Virus record (IMG/VR): IMGVR_UViG_3300031687_000001
Span: 1-64,000 of that record
Origin: a virus
Reading direction: 5' to 3' (one strand)
Length of the DNA stretch: 64,000 nucleotides
Below the pieces are notes generated by a model. The model was not told where the DNA came from. It was given only the letters and a program-made list of their open reading frames with translations, and ran no database searches. The first letter of the stretch is position 1, and each line of letters starts with the position of its first letter. A program made the translations under genes and the position numbers. Positions 10,328 through 19,815 of this stretch are shown here, piece after piece.

Positions 10328-11335
10328 TTATTTGCAGTAATTTTTCATCATTACTTGTATTTTTAAATTGCCGTGTATCGCACTATCTAATATAGTTTGT
10401 ATAGTGAATAATTCACCATACTTCAATGCTGCGTCTGCTGCATCTTTACAGTCATCCCATTCTGGGAATGCCACATACCAGCCTCGTTCAATTGCGGTAG
10501 ATACCAATGATTTACTTGCAGCATCTGCATCAGGCAACAATATAATTTTCTTATTCAAATTATCGATTATGTTACCTTGTTGCATGTTTATGTTATTCGA
10601 ACCAACTGCTATTCCATCTGTAAAGTATGCATCCAGTTGTCCCTCTGTCACGATAACAATCTTTTTATTAGTTTGTCTATCTAATCCATATACGAAGTCG
10701 ACTTTAGGTTGCTTAGTAAAGTATTTTGGAATTTCTTTTGAAGGAGTACCTACCCATCTAGCAGTATATCCTACTATCACACCTTGATAAGTGAATACAT
10801 GAATAAATCTATTCTTCATTCGGGCTGGTGACATAGATGGTGAATAATAGAAACGCGGATCAGTAGGATCTAATCCTCTTGATACCATGTATTCTAATAC
10901 TCTTTCAAGTTCGGGGGTTACTTCAGTATACTCAGATATAGGCTTTGCACCTTCTGGTAATTCTTGCGCTTTCCATGTGATATTTATAGGAGCATCTTTA
11001 TCTCGTTGCTTGATAAGAATAGCATCAATATCACGATCTTCAAGCAACTGTAGTTGCAATCGTTGAATGTCACTATCATCGGCACCGAATGCTTTATATA
11101 ACTTCCTTAATCGATCATCTATGCGCTTGTCGACAGACCAGCCAGTAGCGTAATTACAATTGAAACAATTGTATTGGAATTTTTCATCAGTGATAAGAAA
11201 ACCACCGCGACCTTTGGTGTCATGCGAATGTCCGTTAAGAACACACACAGGACAATTACCAGAAACCCAACCGCCCGGCGAAGACTTCCAATTGGAAGGC
11301 ACTAACGTTCTTGTAAAATCTATTATTAATCTCAT
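10328..11335 (-). CDS. 61: DNA primase (T4 gp61-like)
   Basis: Zn finger CPVC...CFNC; TOPRIM TEGQLDA and PDAD. Confidence 0.9.
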   Translation of the reverse strand: MRLIIDFTRTLVPSNWKSSPGGWVSGNCPVCVLNGHSHDTKGRGGFLITDEKFQYNCFNCNYATGWSVDKRIDDRLRKLYKAFGADDSDIQRLQLQLLEDRDIDAILIKQRDKDAPINITWKAQELPEGAKPISEYTEVTPELERVLEYMVSRGLDPTDPRFYYSPSMSPARMKNRFIHVFTYQGVIVGYTARWVGTPSKEIPKYFTKQPKVDFVYGLDRQTNKKIVIVTEGQLDAYFTDGIAVGSNNINMQQGNIIDNLNKKIILLPDADAASKSLVSTAIERGWYVAFPEWDDCKDAADAALKYGELFTIQTILDSAIHGNLKIQVMMKNYCK

Positions 11336-11341
11336 GTATAC

Positions 11342-11370
11342 ATTCTACACGATTAATACGATCTTGTCAA
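11342..11370 (-). promoter_or_regulatory. sigma70 promoter (leaderless arrangement)
   Basis: TTGACA-17-TAGAAT, then 6 nt before ATG 11335. Confidence 0.8.
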
Positions 11371-11377
11371 TAGATTT

Positions 11378-12199
11378 TTATACTCTTATTACGATTCTAT
11401 CTACAGTTCCAGATAATGTATTATCAATTTTTGCTCGTAGATATGATAAATTAGATACGATCGAAAATGGCTCAATACCAGTAAAATTATTAAACTCATG
11501 GTAATCGTAGAATGGTGTCAAATCTAAATCAAACCAATCTCCCGGTCCTGGCGATTGTGCAGTTGTTCCCTGCATATAAAAATCACCCGTGTAGTCAGTA
11601 CAATATACACCAAATGTAATCAATCCATTTGGCTTGTTGTAATACGACGGTCCCGCAATAATTGAACTATAATCAAATGCACCATCTGATGCGAATGCTG
11701 TCACAGACTGCGAAGTCAACGGTATTGCATGTGCTTCATCTGATATCTCTACTGTGAAATTTGGACGCATATTCTGATCTACGAACATAGGCAATACAAG
11801 ACCCAGATCATTAGTATATGTTAATACTAAATCACATAGCCCCATGTCTATATTCGACAAATGGGATGCACGAACTACTAATTTCACGCTTCCTAATTCG
11901 TAATCGGTGATAGAACATTTTGTACTTAATATAGTACTGTTAGTCTCTCTGTACACCAATGATGCATTAATTTCCATATTAAATAATTTAATAGGCTTAC
12001 GATCTTGATTCTTTATAAAGAAATGCAACTCGTTATCAAGTCCCTTAAATAATTTAAGACGATTGAAATTAACGGGTGCATTGACCGTTGTGCCACGTGT
12101 ACTATTGTACTGTGATGCGCCTGTTGATGTGCCGTGATCCTGTAAGATGTATAGATCGCCAGTTTGGTTTATATTGTAACTTGTGCTGTAATTGCTCAT
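11378..12199 (-). CDS. Putative virion structural protein
   Basis: 273 aa, beta-rich; late promoter upstream. Confidence 0.5.
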   Translation of the reverse strand: MSNYSTSYNINQTGDLYILQDHGTSTGASQYNSTRGTTVNAPVNFNRLKLFKGLDNELHFFIKNQDRKPIKLFNMEINASLVYRETNSTILSTKCSITDYELGSVKLVVRASHLSNIDMGLCDLVLTYTNDLGLVLPMFVDQNMRPNFTVEISDEAHAIPLTSQSVTAFASDGAFDYSSIIAGPSYYNKPNGLITFGVYCTDYTGDFYMQGTTAQSPGPGDWFDLDLTPFYDYHEFNNFTGIEPFSIVSNLSYLRAKIDNTLSGTVDRIVIRV

Positions 12200-12269
12200 T
12201 TTTATAAGTCCCTGATTATACTTATATTTATGCAGAAATGATCAAAATATTTTAGTATAAATAATAGTA

Positions 12270-12641
12270 ATGCAAAAACAATATGAAGAATTACTCGACC
12301 AATATCCATTCCTAACAGTGCTATCTTACGCTGGAAACGAATACGTCGGTGTCATGCAAAACATAGACACTCAAATCGCAAGTATGTACATGTTTGAACG
12401 ACTGGACAATGTAGATGAAAAACATTTATTTCTCATGTTAGGAGAGGAATGGTGGTGGGAAACTAATAGACAGTTACCAATCAATATTGCATTGATAAAT
12501 AGGTGGCATTTTCAACATTGTGTACAAAGTTTTAATGTAAAACAGATGACCATAATTGCTGGACCAGAAGTTAGACTCAGCAATTCTATTACAAAACGAA
12601 TAAAACGTCGAAGTATTAATCTTATGAAAAAGACTCTTTAA
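12270..12641 (+). CDS. Hypothetical protein
   Basis: 123 aa; TATAAATA at 12256-12263 directly upstream. Confidence 0.7.
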   Translation: MQKQYEELLDQYPFLTVLSYAGNEYVGVMQNIDTQIASMYMFERLDNVDEKHLFLMLGEEWWWETNRQLPINIALINRWHFQHCVQSFNVKQMTIIAGPEVRLSNSITKRIKRRSINLMKKTL

Positions 12642-13200
12642 CAATCTTATTCAATTGCATTACAATTACCATCGCGTAACTATACGAATGCGACTTTTTA
12701 AAGAAATAACCACCGTCTTCTGGCTTTACCCAAATATCATTCATCACAGTATCCCAATCTTTTCCTATTAGATAACTCTTTGCTGGTCGTATCATTGCTA
12801 ACACTGCTGCCAATTGTTCAACACTTTTGGGCTTCATCTGCTGAACAATTCCATAATGCGAATGGATATGGAAACACTGCTCTACAATCTCTCTATGTTC
12901 CAATAGATCCCACATAGGTTCCATCTCAAGTAATTCATCCAGTTCTGCTTTATTATTAATATCATTATAAACTGACACATTCAACAAATCCATTTTAAAG
13001 TAACCCATCTTCTCGGCTTCTTTATGATCTATGGTTGCCATGCCATTATATGGATTAGTCGGCATCTCGTGAAAATATACACCTGTGTTGTGCTTTTTTT
13101 CAGTGGTGTCTCGCTTGATCATTGCAGGTGTGTTTTTGATTAAAGCAAGCAATTTATCTCTGTTTGCAATATCTATATCAATATCTGTATTAACTATCAT
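12622..13200 (-). CDS. Minimal DNA polymerase III alpha (DnaE)-like catalytic protein
   Basis: DIDID, KHNTGVY, FKMDLL, AMIRP, FKKSHSYSYA match C-family polymerase motifs in order. Confidence 0.8.
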   Translation of the reverse strand: MIVNTDIDIDIANRDKLLALIKNTPAMIKRDTTEKKHNTGVYFHEMPTNPYNGMATIDHKEAEKMGYFKMDLLNVSVYNDINNKAELDELLEMEPMWDLLEHREIVEQCFHIHSHYGIVQQMKPKSVEQLAAVLAMIRPAKSYLIGKDWDTVMNDIWVKPEDGGYFFKKSHSYSYAMVIVMQLNKIVKESFS

Positions 13201-13826
13201 ACCAATCTACCAAATGCCCATTTACGCTCTTCACACCACCAACACTCACCACAGTGTGTATCATCTGTATTAACTGTGCAACTAACTGTCATTGGAAATA
13301 GTGTTTCAGTTATTCCTAAATAATCATATATTTCAGCAATTTTCGTCTTATCAACATTGAAGAATGGTAAACATATAGCGCCTTCAGCCGCCCATATATC
13401 TCGCACTACATTAGGAGATCTATCAGGCAGACCTAGTCCAAGAGTCTCGCCTGAACCAACATCTTCATCACCAAATCCAATAGATATATCATCTGGCGGA
13501 TTGCTAGTGACACCAGTATAATATACTTTAATAGTTTCATCGTCAATAAGTGATTGATCGAGATGTCTATATTGCTGTACATATGTTATACTATGCTCTA
13601 CATTAAAGTTACCAGTTAATTTTATTACTTTATTAACAACTCGCGATGCTGAAATTGAATTGATCAAAGCGAGTTCATCATCCGCCATAGTTGTTACAAT
13701 AACATCATGTTGCGTATACGTCATTAATATATAAAGCAATAATGCACTATCTGCTCCACCACTGACATTGATTGCATATTTTCCATCTGGTAAAGGGATA
13801 TCCACCCCACATAAATTGATTTTCAT
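13197..13826 (-). CDS. QueC-like PP-loop ATPase
   Basis: SGGADS PP-loop; SC...HCGECWWC; start MKINLC at 13826 via TAATG overlap. Confidence 0.7.
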   Translation of the reverse strand: MKINLCGVDIPLPDGKYAINVSGGADSALLLYILMTYTQHDVIVTTMADDELALINSISASRVVNKVIKLTGNFNVEHSITYVQQYRHLDQSLIDDETIKVYYTGVTSNPPDDISIGFGDEDVGSGETLGLGLPDRSPNVVRDIWAAEGAICLPFFNVDKTKIAEIYDYLGITETLFPMTVSCTVNTDDTHCGECWWCEERKWAFGRLV

Positions 13827-14518
13827 TATCCTATACTCGCTTGTTTCAAAATAGTTTCCACCCATTGTAAATCTTTAACTTCGTTCTTACGCTTTAATCG
13901 TATCTGCCAATATTGCGGATCAATATAATCTACGATCATTTCAATCTGCTTGTTATTCAACATATCCAACAAACTCTGTGCATCATTACTAGCATATATA
14001 ACCCATGGACTAATTCTACCAGAACATATATGAAATACCGCTAGACTAGGTGCTACCGTTTTGAAATATGTATTCCAATCATTTTCTCTATCTTCTGCCC
14101 AGTCTTGCATTGATAATATCGTGCGCTCAACTGCACGATCAACACTTTCTACTTTCAATCGCTCTTTTACCCAACCACTAAATCTTGCATCATGTGTCCA
14201 ATGATCTAATTTTACTTGATTTTTTAATAACCATGTGGTGAATCCAGTAACATCGTCTATCTTAACTTCAATACAATATTTACCAAACTTTATGAACGCA
14301 GCATAATATGAACTTTTTGCAAATTCAGTGTAAGATTTATCTTTCTTTGAATTTGTTCCAATACGGTAAAATAACTGATATGCACGATATCCCAATTGAA
14401 CATCTTTATCAGTCTCTTGCATATGTCGCTTCTTTTGCACACATAAATGCACAATAAGCGTATTCTCACGCTTAAAGTCTTTATTACAGTATTCGCACTT
14501 GTACAATATTTGTTGCAT
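13826..14518 (-). CDS. Conserved phage protein with N-terminal Zn finger
   Basis: YKCEYCNKDF...HLC. Confidence 0.65.
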   Translation of the reverse strand: MQQILYKCEYCNKDFKRENTLIVHLCVQKKRHMQETDKDVQLGYRAYQLFYRIGTNSKKDKSYTEFAKSSYYAAFIKFGKYCIEVKIDDVTGFTTWLLKNQVKLDHWTHDARFSGWVKERLKVESVDRAVERTILSMQDWAEDRENDWNTYFKTVAPSLAVFHICSGRISPWVIYASNDAQSLLDMLNNKQIEMIVDYIDPQYWQIRLKRKNEVKDLQWVETILKQASIG

Positions 14519-14587
14519 AATCTATATACTTTTATTTTCTTCTGTCGGTGTACTATTATACACTATATCAAATGACTTGCATAGTCT

Positions 14588-15046
14588 TTATTTTAGAAGA
14601 GCCGTTGCTTCTTTTTTACTTAATCCAAAATCACCTAACAGTTCTCTTAGATCAGTCTTATCATGCATTCCGATAAACAATTCTACTTCATCGTCGTTTA
14701 AGTTAAGATAGTGTTCTTTAATAAATTTAAATATCTTTGTATCCGTTCCTTTCTTGCCCGGAGAAATCCACTCGTGATATTGACTAGACCCTAATGACAG
14801 TGCTTGCAATAACTGAAACTGCAACTTAGGATGATGTCGCAGAGTATTAAAGTGAACATTGACTAATTCATTTGTCCATTCTAAATAATGCTCTGCGAAT
14901 TGTCCCTCGCATGAACTTATGAAACGTTGCTGTGTCCACATATTCTTATTGTATTTTACAGTCTCTTCATCAGTTAGACTATCGTACCAATTACGATCAC
15001 GTGTGTCTATTGCACGCATTTCACTTTTAATATTTAACTTACTCAA
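14588..15046 (-). CDS. Clamp-loader small subunit (gp62-like)
   Basis: HPKLQFQLL...WISPGKK...IKEHY pattern; replication context. Confidence 0.55.
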   Translation of the reverse strand: MSKLNIKSEMRAIDTRDRNWYDSLTDEETVKYNKNMWTQQRFISSCEGQFAEHYLEWTNELVNVHFNTLRHHPKLQFQLLQALSLGSSQYHEWISPGKKGTDTKIFKFIKEHYLNLNDDEVELFIGMHDKTDLRELLGDFGLSKKEATALLK

Positions 15047-15717
15047 ATCAAAATTCCCATTTCATGTTCTGGATCGCTGTCTTCGTTTTCAAGAAGAATT
15101 GCTTCTTTAATAGTACACGACTTAACATCAAATGTCAACCTAAACATCATCAACGCAGTTACATCATTAGTGAATAATTGAATTTCATCCCACCACACAC
15201 TTGATGAATTATCTGGTATTGCATTATCAATCCATGATTGCATATCCCAAACCAGATCCATTCTTTCGGTAATACGTGAAACTGCATCATCCAAAATAAT
15301 CTTCACACTATATACATACTTGTTATAGTAAATTTTTTTTCTAATTACCTGTGTAATTTCTTTATTTTTAATCATATCTAAATGAGCTTGATTTTTAGGA
15401 GTCTTTACTTCAAGCAATTCAAAGTTATGCGTATTCTTAGAAGTGATGTTTAATAATGCATCACATGATTCTTTATCAGATACATTGAAATATACACGCA
15501 AACTACTACCTTCATGATAACTGTGCTGGTTAACTACTTTGACGTTTTTCATAGTTTTATTAAGTACAGATTTCAATGCTTGACATCTACCATACACTGA
15601 TGCCGCAGTGCTACGATCAGATGATTTAGTTGTAGAAATAAAAGCAACTGAATCAAAACCATAACATAATTTAGTCTGCATCTTCCATGTACGATGTTTT
15701 AAAAATTCTTTGTTCAT
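15043..15717 (-). CDS. Hypothetical protein
   Basis: 224-aa ORF with SD GGAG. Confidence 0.65.
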   Translation of the reverse strand: MNKEFLKHRTWKMQTKLCYGFDSVAFISTTKSSDRSTAASVYGRCQALKSVLNKTMKNVKVVNQHSYHEGSSLRVYFNVSDKESCDALLNITSKNTHNFELLEVKTPKNQAHLDMIKNKEITQVIRKKIYYNKYVYSVKIILDDAVSRITERMDLVWDMQSWIDNAIPDNSSSVWWDEIQLFTNDVTALMMFRLTFDVKSCTIKEAILLENEDSDPEHEMGILI

Positions 15718-15725
15718 ACCTACTC

Positions 15726-16226
15726 CTAGATCAATTCACTAATGTCCAACACTTCTGGGATCTTGTTTACTTCTTTAATCAGATAGATACACTCTGGATT
15801 GTCTCCATCAGTCAACGGCACTGACAGGATATGACCAAATTTTAGTTTCGGTGCGTGCCATTTTACATCTGTGAATACATTGACAATGTTAACATCAAGA
15901 TACTTTGGACTGTAACCAGTCATTGGATTCATTGCGAGCGTAGTGAAACCTCTGTCGTTTAATCCCATTAAACTAATCACTTCTGGATTGCCCACTTCCG
16001 GATCACAAATAACAATACTCCAATCTAATGGAACATTGATTGTATATTCACCCACTTGTAGCACTGCCGCTGGACTATAAAAACTTTCCAAAAAGATCAA
16101 TGGAATAAAAAAGTAATCCACGTTCTTTGGGTCGCTGTAATCTAATACGCCATATCGTAGATCATCTACCAATTCTGGTACATCATCCAATTCATATGTT
16201 TTGTTCTCTACTGTTAAAATTTTCAT
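15726..16226 (-). CDS. Conserved hypothetical protein
   Basis: 166-aa ORF downstream of uvsW. Confidence 0.7.
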   Translation of the reverse strand: MKILTVENKTYELDDVPELVDDLRYGVLDYSDPKNVDYFFIPLIFLESFYSPAAVLQVGEYTINVPLDWSIVICDPEVGNPEVISLMGLNDRGFTTLAMNPMTGYSPKYLDVNIVNVFTDVKWHAPKLKFGHILSVPLTDGDNPECIYLIKEVNKIPEVLDISELI

Positions 16227-16251
16227 ATTTTGTTCTCTGTTTTACTCTGTT

Positions 16252-17709
16252 TTACTTGTAATCTACTTTCTCTATTGAGAATGGATAGTTTGCCTCACGA
16301 TAGAACTTTTTACGTTCAGTTAAATGTCGCTTACTGAATTTTGCTGTACTAGTGAAATCATATATCTCAACATGATCCTTGTCATCTGCCTTACGCACAC
16401 CACGACCAATTGATTGTATTACTCGTACGAAACTCTTCCCAGGCTCAATTAACACCATGTTAAATATACGCGGTATGTTAAGTCCTACTGCTGCAACACC
16501 ATATGTCGCAATAGTAATACTATTAGTCGCTTCATTAATTTCATCATATGCGTCTTTACGATCAGATGATTTCATTGCACCTTTTACGAAAGTAGTGTCA
16601 CCACCAATATGCTCTACTAACATTTCACCTGCTTTGATACGATCAACCAATACTAGAGTATTACCCGATTGCGAAATCTTCTTTATCAAATCACCCATGT
16701 AACCGATTCTATGTGAATTCGTTGTTAAGAACGTCAATTCACTTTGATAATTAGTATAGTCTGTAATTTCTTTCATTTGTACAATATTTACATGACAATT
16801 ACTCAGTACGCCCATGTCTTGCAATTCGGATGCTGCTAGACGATTTACCACATTGCCCAAACTAACCTGCAATGTCATCTGTTCATGTTCTGCTTTTGGT
16901 ATTGTACCAGTTAGTCCCCATCGTAGAGGCACATTTGCAAATTCTTTAGTGAGCATATCTTTTAGAACATCTGCTTTCGCTTGGTGAACTTCGTCAACTA
17001 TGATACAAACTACATCTTCTGCAAAATCTTGTAGTCCCCAATCTTGTTCGCCATTCTTGAATCGTTTACGAATAACGTTAAGACTCTGCCATGTACAAAT
17101 AGTATGAGTACGACCGAAATCTTTCTTATCACCAAAATATACGCCAACATCTAATCCTAAGTTAACATAATCTGCATATGTCTGATTCACCAAATCTTTG
17201 TTTGGTACAATAACAATAGAGCGACCGTACTTTTCTGCTTTGTAACTCAATGCTGCTGTGATCAATGTCTTACCAGCGCCTGTTGCAATCTCTTGTATAC
17301 ATTGGGGTGTTTCTATAAACTTGTTTACGATATCGATTTGATAATCGCGCAATGTTACGGGCTTACCTTCAAATCGATGCTTTGCGGGCCATGCTTTATG
17401 TTGAAATGTAGATTCATCTACCAAATCAAACTCAAGTTTGTTATGAGTTCGAAGATCATCAAGTTCAATCTGATAACCATCTTCAATGATAATAGGAATC
17501 GCTGTTTCTAATAGACTGACAAATGTAATACCACCGATAGTGAAATATCGCTCACATCCATCCCATCTTCCTAATTTATAGGAAGGAACGTGTCGTGCAT
17601 ATGGTAAGAAAAACTTAAACTTTGCTTCTAGTTTTTTCCTAGTAGTAAGTTCAAGACCCTCTATCTTTGCATTGACTTCGTCTTTCAATATGATTGTTGC
17701 AGTTTTAAT
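16252..17709 (-). CDS. uvsW: UvsW-like SF2 helicase (probable ATT start at 17709)
   Basis: LRDYQ, ATGAGKT, DEVH, GLTGT, QSIGRGVR; SD GGAG 7 nt before in-frame ATT. Confidence 0.9.
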   Translation of the reverse strand: MKTATIILKDEVNAKIEGLELTTRKKLEAKFKFFLPYARHVPSYKLGRWDGCERYFTIGGITFVSLLETAIPIIIEDGYQIELDDLRTHNKLEFDLVDESTFQHKAWPAKHRFEGKPVTLRDYQIDIVNKFIETPQCIQEIATGAGKTLITAALSYKAEKYGRSIVIVPNKDLVNQTYADYVNLGLDVGVYFGDKKDFGRTHTICTWQSLNVIRKRFKNGEQDWGLQDFAEDVVCIIVDEVHQAKADVLKDMLTKEFANVPLRWGLTGTIPKAEHEQMTLQVSLGNVVNRLAASELQDMGVLSNCHVNIVQMKEITDYTNYQSELTFLTTNSHRIGYMGDLIKKISQSGNTLVLVDRIKAGEMLVEHIGGDTTFVKGAMKSSDRKDAYDEINEATNSITIATYGVAAVGLNIPRIFNMVLIEPGKSFVRVIQSIGRGVRKADDKDHVEIYDFTSTAKFSKRHLTERKKFYREANYPFSIEKVDYK

Positions 17710-17734
17710 TGTTGTTCTCCAATGTGATTTACTT

Positions 17735-17763
17735 ATTATAGCATTAAACTACAGTTATGTCAA
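17735..17763 (-). promoter_or_regulatory. sigma70 promoter
   Basis: TTGACA-17-TATAAT with extended -10 TG. Confidence 0.85.
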
Positions 17764-17814
17764 TCGATTAAATCGTATAACATAACTGCGTTATATACAA
17801 CAGTCAATAATATA

Positions 17815-18702
17815 TTATACCTCTGATTTCATACAAGTGATTTCTGCCATACGCTGCCATTTATCACTCTTTGTTTTACGCAAGTCTGCAATTTTACCAA
17901 CCATACGCAAACTAATCTCGCGCATACGTAATTGATTGGCATCTACAAAATCAACGATTTCGTTTTGCTCTGCTGTTGTGAATCCATACTCTTCTAGCAT
18001 GCCATCCTTGACGACCTGACGACAGCGTAGTAGACGCTCACGAGTGCTATTCATAGTCAAATCAAGGTAGTGACAACGAGACATAATTGCATCTAAGTGA
18101 TCTTTGATCTTCCCGCGAACTTTATCAAATTTTAAGTTAGTGATGAAAATTACAGATCCTTTAAATTCAAATGACTCTGGAATTCCTTCACGACGTAATG
18201 CTGAACTTTCAGTGTTCCAAGAAATCCTACGCTTCTTTGAACTATCTAACGCTGCTTTTAATAGGTTTAATGATAATTCATCATACAGCACCGAATCACA
18301 ATCATCTAATACAAGTACATTGTTAGAGTCTGCATAACGATATAATAACTTATATAGACCAATTGCAGAAGCTGCGCCCTTCTCAATACCAAATCGTGAT
18401 ACCGCACCGCGCAACTTATCAAACAATGAATTCTTTTCAATAATATTCTCAACACCGAATGACTTGCCCACTCCTGGAGGACCTGTCACTACCATACCAC
18501 GAATATCGCCATCAACTGACATCTGTGTCATTTCATCTAAGATACCAAACCGTTCGCGCAAACGCTCAACAATCTGTTCATCAGTTTCAGTAGTCACAGT
18601 TTCAGTAGTATCTATTTCGATGATAGATGCTGCTGTACTCTTACGTGGGCGACCCGCTTTGCGTTTAGTAGTAGTAGTTAGTTGAATAGTTTGAGTAGTC
18701 AT
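17815..18702 (-). CDS. P-loop/AAA+ ATPase with N-terminal AT-hook-like motif
   Basis: GPPGVGKS, VLDDCD, IFITN, SR; KRKAGRPRK. Confidence 0.8.
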   Translation of the reverse strand: MTTQTIQLTTTTKRKAGRPRKSTAASIIEIDTTETVTTETDEQIVERLRERFGILDEMTQMSVDGDIRGMVVTGPPGVGKSFGVENIIEKNSLFDKLRGAVSRFGIEKGAASAIGLYKLLYRYADSNNVLVLDDCDSVLYDELSLNLLKAALDSSKKRRISWNTESSALRREGIPESFEFKGSVIFITNLKFDKVRGKIKDHLDAIMSRCHYLDLTMNSTRERLLRCRQVVKDGMLEEYGFTTAEQNEIVDFVDANQLRMREISLRMVGKIADLRKTKSDKWQRMAEITCMKSEV

Positions 18703-18771
18703 GGCTTAGATTCCTATCTAATTAATTAATGAAGTTTTATTATACAGTAATATACATTGGTGTGTCAAGGG

Positions 18772-18990
18772 TTATTTAAAATATAATGCAAATGATGTTG
18801 CATACTGCTTAACGATGTACGACTGTGGTCGAGTATATTCTGCATTTGAAGGACCACGGTACTTATAACGAAACTTCCCAGGATATTGACGCTGTACATC
18901 ATCTACATACATCATTGGGATGCCCTTTGCAAAACTGCTCTCATTAGGTGATGTTTCAAACATCTGCAATATTGAATCAAGTTGTGTCAT
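18772..18990 (-). CDS. Small early hypothetical protein
   Basis: 72 aa behind consensus promoter. Confidence 0.65.
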   Translation of the reverse strand: MTQLDSILQMFETSPNESSFAKGIPMMYVDDVQRQYPGKFRYKYRGPSNAEYTRPQSYIVKQYATSFALYFK

Positions 18991-19056
18991 AATCTTTCTC
19001 GCTCTTCTTTATTAACTTACTTAACTATTATAGCAAGGATCATTACTTTTGTCAAG
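18991..19056 (-). promoter_or_regulatory. Early promoter/leader cassette, copy 1
   Basis: TTGACA-17-TATAAT; 26 nt identical to 36888-36913. Confidence 0.85.
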
Positions 19057-19067
19057 CGATCATCCAT

Positions 19068-19100
19068 AAAAAAACCCACAAATGTGGGTTTTTATTTTTT
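19068..19100. terminator. Bidirectional rho-independent terminator
   Basis: AAAAAAACCCAC-AAAT-GTGGGTTTTT. Confidence 0.8.
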
Positions 19101-19107
19101 ATTGTTA

Positions 19108-19566
19108 TTATAGTGTTGCGTCTTCTAAACCTGCACATCGTAACTTAATTACGTTGGTAAGTTGCCATTGCTTAACTTCAAGTGCTTTGATAACACCCAT
19201 GAACTTATTTCTCACCATTGAAAATTCAACAATAAGATGCTGCAAATCAACTACATCAGGCTCACCATCTACAAATGCTTTCGCATCTGCTGATGTTAGT
19301 GCGCGTTGGTAATGCTCAGTGAAGTGTCTGAACTTCTGACTACGCAATTTGCGCATTTCGGTATTTAAATATTCAAGTATCGCTTCTGTTTCTTGTAGTT
19401 GATTGAAACGATGTTCAACGATGCCCGGAATATCACGACTGTGCTTTTCCAAACTACCTTTCATACCACATTCAAACTTAGCCTCTGAAACTTGTATTTC
19501 ATAGTGTGAAATAGCGTTAACTATTTCTGCCATGTTTCCAGTGACCTTACGATACCATTTACTCAT
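19108..19566 (-). CDS. uvsY: Recombination mediator UvsY-like
   Basis: Helical; AFVDGEPDV...KALEVKQWQLTNVIKLR; beside uvsX. Confidence 0.75.
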   Translation of the reverse strand: MSKWYRKVTGNMAEIVNAISHYEIQVSEAKFECGMKGSLEKHSRDIPGIVEHRFNQLQETEAILEYLNTEMRKLRSQKFRHFTEHYQRALTSADAKAFVDGEPDVVDLQHLIVEFSMVRNKFMGVIKALEVKQWQLTNVIKLRCAGLEDATL

Positions 19567-19815
19567 TTAATCCCACTCTTCTTCTTCGTCAGTGTCATCT
19601 ACTTCTTCATGTTCAATGTATTCATCGACACTCGTTTCAAGATATTTATCATGCTCACTGATCTGTTCTGCATTTCCAGCAATGTCAAAACCATACTGAT
19701 CTAATACTTGTAAAAAATGTTCTGCAAAATTACTACGTTCCTTTTCTACAACACTAGACCTAGCAGCATCGTACATAGCAATGATAAATTCTAAATCATT
19801 ATCACTCAGACTCAT
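19567..19815 (-). CDS. Small acidic hypothetical protein
   Basis: 82 aa between uvsX and uvsY. Confidence 0.65.
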   Translation of the reverse strand: MSLSDNDLEFIIAMYDAARSSVVEKERSNFAEHFLQVLDQYGFDIAGNAEQISEHDKYLETSVDEYIEHEEVDDTDEEEEWD

